Assembly (NCBI GenBank): GCA_965249185.1
Contig: CBDFLS010000002.1
Location: forward strand, 2,004,368 to 2,068,367
DNA: 64,000 nt
Reading direction: 5' to 3'
From: Dehalococcoidia bacterium
GTDB taxonomy: Bacteria > Chloroflexota > Dehalococcoidia > Lucifugimonadales > Australimonadaceae
Positions 57,361-64,000 of the stretch are shown here, piece by piece (position 1 is the first letter of the stretch; each line of letters starts with the position of its first letter). The notes beneath the pieces were generated by a model. It was not told the origin of the DNA and did not search any database. It saw nothing but the letters and a program-made list of their open reading frames with translations. A program made the translations under genes and the position numbers.

Positions 57361-58437
57361 CTACCGCGACTGTCCCAGCTTGAGCGAGGGCAGGGCGTCC
57401 CGTATCTCGTCCACGTGCACCGCGTAGAAGGTGCCGACCACGCGCTGGCCGCCGGCCGTCTGCTCCTGCACCGCCCGCACCATGCCAACTACGAAGCCGC
57501 CGGCGTCCAACACCGGGCCTCCGCTATCGCCGGGGTCCACCGGAACGTCCATCTCCAGATTCAGGCCCAGGCCGCCGGCCCCGAAGTCGATCACCTGTGA
57601 GAAAACCCCCACGTTTGCCGCGGCGGCTCCCACCGTGCCGTCGTCCTTGACCCCGGCGCCGGAGTAGCCCAGGGCCATCAGCGAACGGGCGATATCGTCG
57701 GTGGTGATCTCGCCCAGCGGCAGCGGCACAACTCCCTCGGGGAGCTGAGCAATCGCGGCGTTGAAGGTCAGGAGCGCAATGTCCCGCTGAGCGTCGGTGG
57801 CCAGGACAGTCGCCGAGAATGGTGGGTCTCCGGACTGCCGCACAGTGACGGTGGTGAAGCCGGAGACCACATGCTCGTTGGTCAGGATGAGGCCGGGCTC
57901 GATGAGCCAGCCGGAGCCGGTCCCCACGGGCGTTTCGATGAAGAAAACCGAATTCCATACGCGGTTGTAGGCAGCGTTGAAGTCCACCACGGGCTGCGGG
58001 GTGGCGCTGGGCTGGGGCGTGGGTGTTGGCTGCGGCGTGGCCGTGGGCAGTGGTGTTGGGAAGGTGACCGGCGTGGCCGTCGCCTGGGGGGTCGCCGTGG
58101 GCAATGGAGTGGGAAAGGTGACCGGCGTGGGCGTGGGCGGGAAGGCGACGGGAGTAGCCGTTGGCAGGGGCGTGGGGAAAGTGACCGGCGTGGCCGTAGG
58201 CGGGAAGGCGACGGGAGTAGCCGTTGGCAGGGGCGTGGGGAAAGTGACCGGCGTGGCCGTAGGCGGGAAGGCGACGGGAGTAGCCGTGGGCAATGGCGTG
58301 GGAAAGTAGATGGACGTGGGAGTGGGAACCGCAGTGAGCGCCGCCACGATCCGTTGGTCGGCCAGACGCTGGACCTCCTCGTCGGACGGCCCGCACGAGG
58401 CGAGCATGGCAACGCCAAGAGCGGTGGTAAGGAGCAC
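57361..58437 (-). CDS. Trypsin-like (S1-family) serine protease lipoprotein with a repetitive Pro/Thr linker
   Basis: Lipobox MLASC. Catalytic triad contexts LTNEHVV, RDIALL, GDSGGPV. About 110 aa of FPTPLPTATPVAFPPTATPVT repeats. GTG start. Confidence 0.85.
   Translation of the reverse strand: MLLTTALGVAMLASCGPSDEEVQRLADQRIVAALTAVPTPTSIYFPTPLPTATPVAFPPTATPVTFPTPLPTATPVAFPPTATPVTFPTPLPTATPVAFPPTPTPVTFPTPLPTATPQATATPVTFPTPLPTATPQPTPTPQPSATPQPVVDFNAAYNRVWNSVFFIETPVGTGSGWLIEPGLILTNEHVVSGFTTVTVRQSGDPPFSATVLATDAQRDIALLTFNAAIAQLPEGVVPLPLGEITTDDIARSLMALGYSGAGVKDDGTVGAAAANVGVFSQVIDFGAGGLGLNLEMDVPVDPGDSGGPVLDAGGFVVGMVRAVQEQTAGGQRVVGTFYAVHVDEIRDALPSLKLGQSR
58040..58310. repeat. 63-bp tandem repeats (coding, PT-rich linker of the protease)
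   Basis: Two perfect units at 58138-58200 and 58201-58263, flanked by diverged copies on both sides. Confidence 0.9.
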
Positions 58438-58607
58438 CTTGGCGCGAAGAGCCAGGGCTATCAGGCGATACCCCTTGAAAGCAGCACCACGGGCTTCGCT
58501 GACCGCGGATATTGTAGAGTGGCGTGACGCATGGGTCGTTGGGCGAGTCTATCAGGGCACCGTGCCGGCGTGCAGCGGCTGGACGCCACGCCCTGGGGTG
58601 GTCAGCG

Positions 58608-59150
58608 ATGACGACGGAAGAGCTGGTCATAGGCATCGTTCGGGTAGCCGGCTCGCTGCCGGTGCTCTGGTGGCCCTTCGTCGGCGCCATCATCGCCATC
58701 CTGGTCGATTTCTCCGACCTGTTCATGATGAACCTGCTGGACCTGGGCGGGCTCCGGGACTATCAGGCCTTCGACAAGTGGGTAGACCTGGCTTATATGG
58801 CGACCTTCCTGGCGGTCGCGCTCCGGTGGCGGGGCACGGCTAGGAACGTGGCTATCGGGCTCTTCGTCTTCCGTATCGCGGGCGTGGGAGCGTTCGAGCT
58901 GGTGGGCTGGCGCGGGCTCCTGCTCTTCTTCCCGAACCTCTTCGAGTTCTGGGTGGTCTTTGTGCCCGGGCTCCGGCGGATCAAGCCCCGGTACGCGCTG
59001 ACGCCCATGCGTGCGGCCGTCTGGCTGGCGCCGCTGCTGGCGCTCAAGGAGTTCCAGGAGTATGCGCTGCACTGGGGCCAGTGGCTCGATAAGTACCGCG
59101 CGGTCGATGTGGTGGCGGACTGGTGGAACGCGCTCCGGGGTCTCTTTTAG
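58608..59150 (+). CDS. Hypothetical integral membrane protein
   Basis: 180 aa with 5-6 TM segments (SLPVLWWPFVGAIIAILVDF...). The ORF opens at 58524; ATG 58608 is preferred. Confidence 0.5.
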   Translation: MTTEELVIGIVRVAGSLPVLWWPFVGAIIAILVDFSDLFMMNLLDLGGLRDYQAFDKWVDLAYMATFLAVALRWRGTARNVAIGLFVFRIAGVGAFELVGWRGLLLFFPNLFEFWVVFVPGLRRIKPRYALTPMRAAVWLAPLLALKEFQEYALHWGQWLDKYRAVDVVADWWNALRGLF

Positions 59151-60461
59151 CGGGGGGGGGGGGGACTTGAGCGACTCCTCCGCCACCTGCCGGCCCAGGT
59201 CCCGCAGCAGCCGCCGGTCCTCCTCCGGCGTGGGCGCCGGGGGAACGCGCATCACCTTGTCCAGGACGTAGCTGGGGATGGCGCCCGCGTCCTGGCCGGG
59301 GTAGGGGATGCCGGCGGGGTCGTCCCCCTCCTGGACCGACCGGATGCTGCGCCGGACCATGTTCCGCAGCATGATGATCCCCCGGTCCGTGGTGGCCAGG
59401 TGCTCCAGGGCGTGGACCTCGATGGGCCGCTGGCTCACCTGCGCGTCGTAGTCGCCGGGCACCTGCTGGCGCTCCTGGTAGGAGCGCTGGTCCGATTGGC
59501 CGAAGCCGGTTTCCCTGCCGCGGTCCTCGTCCTCGTTGGCCCACCAGAAGCCGATGTGCATGCAACTGGTGTCGTCGATGGGCACGGTCCACCAGGTGAG
59601 CCAGGATCCCTTGTTGGGACTGCCGTCCGCGGACTTCCCGCCCTCTAGATGCTTGGAGAGCTCGGGCATCTGGTTGATGTTGGGAAAGATATAGTCGCTG
59701 ACCAGCACCCACACGAAGTCTCCGATGCGGCGGGAGTCGATGCTCACCATACCGACGGGTGTCTCCATGTAGTCCCACTCCACGTCCCGGTGGCCCACGC
59801 TTTCCATGCCGAGCTGCGTGGCGAAGTCGACGTTGCCCGCCATGCTATGGAGAAAGTAGAAGTGGGAGGGGTCCATGGCGTTCTCGCGCACCTGGAGCTA
59901 GGTGCAGGGCCAGAAGAGCCGGACATTGGTGAGGAGCCGCTTGCCCCCCAGCTTTGGCATCTTCTCATAGGTGTCGAAGACGGGGAACTCGGGGCGCTTC
60001 TCCGGCGGGCCCATGTAGGCGAAGACGAGCCCGTTGTACTCGTGAGTGGGGTACGCGCCGTGACAGAGCCGGTCCTTCAGCGTGCTCTCGGCCGGCTCGC
60101 CGGGGGTTTCCAGGATCTTGCCATCCACGTCGTAGAGCCAGGCGTGGTAGCAGCAGCGGATGCCCCGCTCCTCTATCTGGCCGAACTCCAGCGACGTGCC
60201 CCGGTGGGAGCAGTGGAGCTCCAGCAGGCCGACCTGGCCCGAGCGGTCGCGGAACACCACTAGGTCCTCGCCCAGGATGCGGACGGCCACGGGCAGGTCC
60301 TTCAGCTCGTCCGAGATGGCCACGGGATGCCAGAAGCGGCGAAACCACTCGCCGCCGGGGGTGCCGGGGCCCACGTGGGTGAGCTCGGCGTCCTCGGAGG
60401 GCACTTCGTTGTGGAGGTACGCGCCGTAGGGGACGTTGAGGAACGTGGGCTGCGTGGCCAT
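59147..60461 (-). pseudogene. Rieske [2Fe-2S] oxygenase paralog B, disrupted (in-frame TAG; C-terminus depends on C13 tract length)
   Basis: The N-terminal half (60461-59901) ends at TAG 59898-59900, where paralogs A and C have Trp (CNW-LQV). The same frame continues as LQVRENAMDPSHFYFLH. With 13 C the frame runs on to 58602, antisense to the neighbouring gene; with 12 C it would stop at 59147-59149. Confidence 0.75.
59152..59164. repeat. G13 / C13 homopolymer
   Basis: Thirteen consecutive G, starting one base after the TAG stop (59148-59150) of the plus-strand gene and lying inside the last codons of the minus-strand Rieske gene. Confidence 0.95.
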
Positions 60462-60510
60462 ACTCCTCTCCTCCTTAACCATCGTGCTCAGCCGGCATGG
60501 CGCCCGGGCG

Positions 60511-61764
60511 CTACGAGCGCTCCTTGATCCGCGCTTCCGTGACCTCGCGGCCCGTCTTCCGCAAAAGACGCTTATCCTCCTCGGGCGTGGACGCCGGCGG
60601 GATGCGGAGCACCCTCTCTTGGGAGTAGGTACGGACGACGCCGTCCCTGCCATAGGCGCCGCTCTGGGAGTCGCCGTTCTTCCCCACGGCACGGATGCCG
60701 CTCCTCACCATGTTCCGCAGCATAATGACTCCCCGGTCGGAAGTGGCCAGGTGCTCCAGCGCGTGGACCGCGATGGGCCGCTGGCCCACCTGGGCGTCGG
60801 AGTCGCCGGGCACCCGCTGGCGCTCCTCGTAGGAGCGGTCGGGCATCTGGCCGAACCCCGCCTTCTTGGAGACCTCCTCCCCGTCCCGGGCGCGCCAGAA
60901 GCCGATCTGCATGGTGTTGGTGTCGTCAATGGGCACCGCCCACCGGGTCACCGTGGGCCGGTTGCCGTCCCGCTGGGCCACGTTCTCGCCCAAGTCGCAG
61001 CCCTGGTGCATGTTGGGAGCGACGTAGTCGGTCACCCGGACCCAGACCAAGTCGCCGACCCGCCGGGTATCGATGTACACCATCCCTATGGGCGTCTCCA
61101 TGAAGTCGATCTCGCCCATCTGCGCGAAATCTCCGGTGAACCCCTCGTTGCCCTCGATGGCGTGGAGGAAGAGCAGGTGGATCGGGTCCATGGCGTTCTC
61201 GCGGACCTGCAGCCAGTTGCAGGCCCAGATGTAGGGGACGCCGGGCTGCATGTGGTAGCCGGGCATGTCGTAGGTGTCGAAGACGGGGAACTCGGGGCGC
61301 TTCTCCGGCGGGCCCATGTAGGCGAAGACGAGCCCTCCATACTCTCGGGTGGGATAGGCGGCGTGGTGGAGCCGGTCCTTCAGCGTGCTCTCGGCCGGCT
61401 CACCGGGGGTTTCCAAGATTTTGCCGTCCACGTCGTAGAGCCAGGCGTGGTAGCAGCAGCGGATGCCCCGCTCCTCTATCTGGCCGAACTCCAGCGACGT
61501 GCCCCGGTGGGAGCAGTGGAGCTCCAGCAGGCCGACTTGGCCGGAGCGGTCGCGGAACACCACCAGGTCCTCGCCCAGGATGCGGATGGCCACGGGCAGG
61601 TCTCTGATCTCCTCCGAGGAGACCACGGGCTGCCAGAAGCGGCGGAACCACTCGCCGCCGGGGCTGCCGGGGCCCACGTGCGTGAGCTCGGTATCCTCGG
61701 AGGGCACGTCGCGGTGGAGGTACGCGCCGTAGGGGGTGTTGAGGAAGGGGGCTTTGGTTGTCAA
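60511..61764 (-). CDS. Rieske [2Fe-2S] non-heme iron oxygenase, alpha-subunit type (paralog C)
   Basis: CSHRGTSLEFGQIEERGIRCCYHAWLYD and a catalytic domain with NAMDPIHLLFLH. TTG start at 61764 preceded by AGGAGA. It is the C-terminal part of a longer shadow ORF. Confidence 0.85.
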   Translation of the reverse strand: MTTKAPFLNTPYGAYLHRDVPSEDTELTHVGPGSPGGEWFRRFWQPVVSSEEIRDLPVAIRILGEDLVVFRDRSGQVGLLELHCSHRGTSLEFGQIEERGIRCCYHAWLYDVDGKILETPGEPAESTLKDRLHHAAYPTREYGGLVFAYMGPPEKRPEFPVFDTYDMPGYHMQPGVPYIWACNWLQVRENAMDPIHLLFLHAIEGNEGFTGDFAQMGEIDFMETPIGMVYIDTRRVGDLVWVRVTDYVAPNMHQGCDLGENVAQRDGNRPTVTRWAVPIDDTNTMQIGFWRARDGEEVSKKAGFGQMPDRSYEERQRVPGDSDAQVGQRPIAVHALEHLATSDRGVIMLRNMVRSGIRAVGKNGDSQSGAYGRDGVVRTYSQERVLRIPPASTPEEDKRLLRKTGREVTEARIKERS

Positions 61765-61929
61765 GTCGTCATCTCCTGCTGGACAGGGGATTGCCTGACG
61801 GCGTGGCCCAGCGCGGTGCATTTTACAACATGCAAGCAGGGGTTTGCCCGCTCTCAGGCCGGTTGGCGACCACGACGCCGTGGTACCATCACCCTGGCAA
61901 GCCGGAAGCCATCTTTTCGGAGGCCGGAC

Positions 61930-62796
61930 ATGGCGCAGGTCACGGAGCGATACCGCGATTCCGTCGAGGCGATGGTGGTCATCTCCGACTTCACGCCGCC
62001 CCGAAGCGGCGACACCGCGGCGCTGGAGCGGGTGGGGGTGGTGAACGCGGACTTCATCTGCGCCGCCTATAACCCCGGCAAGCTGGTGAGAGTGGACTCC
62101 ATCGTCGCGGCCCACGCCATCAGGCAGGGGACGGGCAGGGACGTGGTGTTCAACCTGGCGCCCCGCGATATGAACAAGGTGGCCATGCAGTCGTCGCTGC
62201 TGGGCGCGCAGGTGCTGGGGCTGGAGAACGTGATCGTGGTGCAGGGAGACGGCTTCACGGAGCAGGAGCGGGCCCTGGTGAAGCCGGTGGACGACTTCAC
62301 CTCCACGGGCCTTATCGGCGCCATACGTTCCATGAACGAGGGGCTGGACTACCGCGGGTCGAAGCTGCGCTCGCCCACGGGGTTCTGCGTGGGCGCCAGC
62401 CTCGACCTGGCGAGAGAACTGGAGGCGGAGGCGGCGCTGGCACACCGGAAGGTGGAGGCCGGCGCCCAGTTCTTCATCACCCAGCCCATCTACGACCTCG
62501 CGCGCCGGGACCGGTTTCTGGAGCTCTACGAGACGGCGGCGGGCCGCCCGCTGGCGGAGCCGGTCTTCTGGGGAGTGCAGGTGCTGGAGAGGGACGGCAT
62601 CACCCTGGGCCCGGTGCCCGCCAACCTTCTTCGGGAGATGGAGCGGGGCAGAGGTGGGGTGGAGGTGGCCGTGGAGCAGCTGCAAGCCTTCGCGGAGGCC
62701 GGCATGCGAGGGGTATACTTGGTGCCGCCGATTCTGAAGGGCGGGGCCAGGGACTACGAGGCCGCGCAGCGGGTGCTCCAGGCCCTGGGACGCTAG
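61930..62796 (+). CDS. Methylenetetrahydrofolate reductase (MetF/MTHFR)-like protein
   Basis: 288 aa of TIM-barrel MTHFR pattern, including AGAQFFITQPIYD. Only the last third of the 786-aa track ORF is taken as real. Confidence 0.7.
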   Translation: MAQVTERYRDSVEAMVVISDFTPPRSGDTAALERVGVVNADFICAAYNPGKLVRVDSIVAAHAIRQGTGRDVVFNLAPRDMNKVAMQSSLLGAQVLGLENVIVVQGDGFTEQERALVKPVDDFTSTGLIGAIRSMNEGLDYRGSKLRSPTGFCVGASLDLARELEAEAALAHRKVEAGAQFFITQPIYDLARRDRFLELYETAAGRPLAEPVFWGVQVLERDGITLGPVPANLLREMERGRGGVEVAVEQLQAFAEAGMRGVYLVPPILKGGARDYEAAQRVLQALGR

Positions 62797-62814
62797 CTTC
62801 GTCCGAGGTGATGC

Positions 62815-63306
62815 ATGGCTGAGAAGCTACAGCAGAACGACCGGTTCCCTTCCATGGAGCTGAGGCTCGTGGGCGGCGGGACGGTGCGGATTCCGGATGA
62901 GATTCCGACCCGCTACGCCGCGGTCCTCTTCTACAGGGCGTACTGGTGACCCTACTGCATCCGGCAGTTGGCCGCGTACGAGCAGAGGAAGGCGGAGCTG
63001 GAGGCGCTGGGGGTCACTATCTATGCCGCCAGCGCCGACCCGCTGGAGAGGGCCCAAGAGGTCGCGGGCCAGGGGCTCACCTTTCCCGTGGCCTACGGCT
63101 TCACCAGGGAGGAGGCGGAGCTCATCGGCGCCTGGTGGGAGGAGACGAGGGGCTACGTTCAGCCCTCGGAGTTCTTGCTGGGGCCGGAGGGCCTGGTGCT
63201 GGGCTCGCTGTACGTCTCGGGTCCGGTGGGGCGCATGGACGTCGAGGAGGTGGTGCGATTCATCACGAACCGGGAGCGGAGGCGGCTGGAGCAGGCGGCG
63301 GGATGA
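62815..63306 (+). CDS. Redoxin / AhpC-TSA-like thiol-disulfide oxidoreductase with in-frame TGA at the first Cys of the CxxC motif (candidate selenoprotein, otherwise a pseudogene)
   Basis: ATG 62815 after GAGGTGA. The frame reads ...RYAAVLFYRAYW-TGA(62947-62949)-PYCIRQLAAYEQRKAELEALGVTIYAASAD... A hairpin at 62955-62985 follows the TGA. Confidence 0.55.
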
Positions 63307-63403
63307 GCGGCGCTCGCCTCCTGGTAACGCATGGCGCCGGCGGCAAGAGGCCCGATGCAAACGCATCGGGCCTCTTGCTAACCAACGCTTTTAGGGAGAA
63401 AGA

Positions 63404-63480
63404 TGGGGTGAGCGGAGGGATTTGAACCCTCGATCTCCAGGGCCACAACCTGGCGCCTTAACCACTAGGCCACGCCCACC
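63404..63480 (-). tRNA. tRNA-His (anticodon GTG)
   Basis: Reverse complement GGTGGGCGTGGCCTAGTGGTTAAGGCGCCAGGTTGTGGCCCTGGAGATCGAGGGTTCAAATCCCTCCGCTCACCCCA. Has the extra G-1 paired to C73, anticodon loop TTGTGGC, and encoded CCA. Confidence 0.9.
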
Positions 63481-63550
63481 ACGTCCATCGTCCATTCTAT
63501 CGGTGGCCTGGGACGGAGTCAAAGGAGCGGCTGAATGCCCTGAGGCGGGC

Positions 63551-64000
63551 CTACTTCTTGGAGGCGAGGTCCTGGACCAGGCGGATGAGCGTGCGGGTGG
63601 GGACGCCGGTGGCGCCTTTGACCAGGTGGCCCTTCTCCCTCTCGGTGAGGAAGGTTCCGGCGATGTCCAGGTGGGTCCACTCCACGCCCTCGGCGAACTC
63701 GGAGAGGAAGAAGCCGGCGGTGATGCTGCCGGCGCCACGGCCGCCGGTGTTCTTCACGTCGGCCCACTCGCTCTTGTTCTGCTCCTTGTACTCCTCGAAC
63801 ATGGGGAGCTGCCACATCTTCTCGCCCGTGGCCGCTCCGGCCGCCAGCACGGCGTCGACGAGGGGCTGGGAGTGGCCCATGATGCCGGTGGTCACGGTGC
63901 CCAGCGCCACGACCATGGCGCCGGTGAGGGTTGCGATATCCACGATGCGCTCCGCCTTCAGATCCTCCTTGGCGTAGCAGATAGCGTCGGCCAGCACCAG
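63551..64000 (-). CDS. pepA: Leucyl aminopeptidase (M17), C-terminal part; gene continues past window end
   Basis: DIATLTGAMVVALG, WQLPMFEEY, ADVKNTGGRGAGSITAGFFL, WTHLDIAG are typical of the M17 catalytic domain. Confidence 0.85.
   Translation of the reverse strand: MVLADAICYAKEDLKAERIVDIATLTGAMVVALGTVTTGIMGHSQPLVDAVLAAGAATGEKMWQLPMFEEYKEQNKSEWADVKNTGGRGAGSITAGFFLSEFAEGVEWTHLDIAGTFLTEREKGHLVKGATGVPTRTLIRLVQDLASKK

Noticed and set aside
58040-58310. CRISPR array (also considered for 10880-10928 and 28930-28971)
   Set aside because: The repeats are directly tandem with no spacers. The 63-bp units are in-frame coding sequence of the protease linker. No cas genes are present in the window.
59898-59900. 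TAG in Rieske paralog B as pyrrolysine or programmed read-through
   Set aside because: The codon replaces a conserved Trp (TGG) in the paralogs, no pyl genes are in the window, and the gene carries other signs of decay. A nonsense mutation is the simplest reading.
60436-61929. First ~500 codons of the 786-aa plus-strand ORF 60436-62796
   Set aside because: This part runs antisense to Rieske paralogs B and C and has Arg/Gly/Ala/His-rich shadow composition with no motifs. Only the part from ATG 61930 (MTHFR-like) looks real.

Overview
GC-rich (roughly 63-66% by eye) bacterial chromosomal segment. Gene content fits a Chloroflexota-like organism (split gcvPA/gcvPB, LppX/LprAFG-type lipoprotein, many Rieske/SDR/amidohydrolase catabolic genes), but I cannot verify taxonomy without a search. 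Housekeeping genes: mgtE, dnaN, uvrC, a Xer-type recombinase, lgt, recJ, fabF, ilvB-like ALS, gcvT-H-PA-PB, modABC plus a regulator, two tRNA-Arg and tRNA-His. These are interspersed with accessory material: (i) a lower-GC patch after dnaN carrying DUF4160/DUF2442 and HicBA pairs; (ii) two near-identical IS1595-family copies, each with its own 8-bp target duplication; (iii) a decayed type IV pilus locus (pilB-like remnant, about 700 bp of orphan low-GC DNA, pilD, pilin); (iv) a 1.75-kb segment bracketed by tRNA-Arg(TCG) and a 43-bp direct copy of its 3' half; (v) three Rieske oxygenase paralogs, one a pseudogene, next to an MTHFR-like gene. The most interesting call is a redoxin gene with an in-frame TGA exactly at the first Cys of its CxxC motif, followed by a SECIS-compatible hairpin, which makes it a candidate selenoprotein. 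Other oddities: a 109-nt polypyrimidine/polypurine tract plus 14-bp repeats and a nested AT-rich palindrome upstream of the mod regulator, a receiver-less membrane-embedded OmpR-type regulator preceded by 18-bp direct repeats, a G13 homopolymer that sets the C-terminus of a Rieske gene, and a 71-bp relic of an SDR gene in an intergenic region. Most long antisense ORFs in the track are GC-driven shadows and are not reported as genes. No BLAST, HMM or folding tools were used. All family calls rest on motifs read from the translations.
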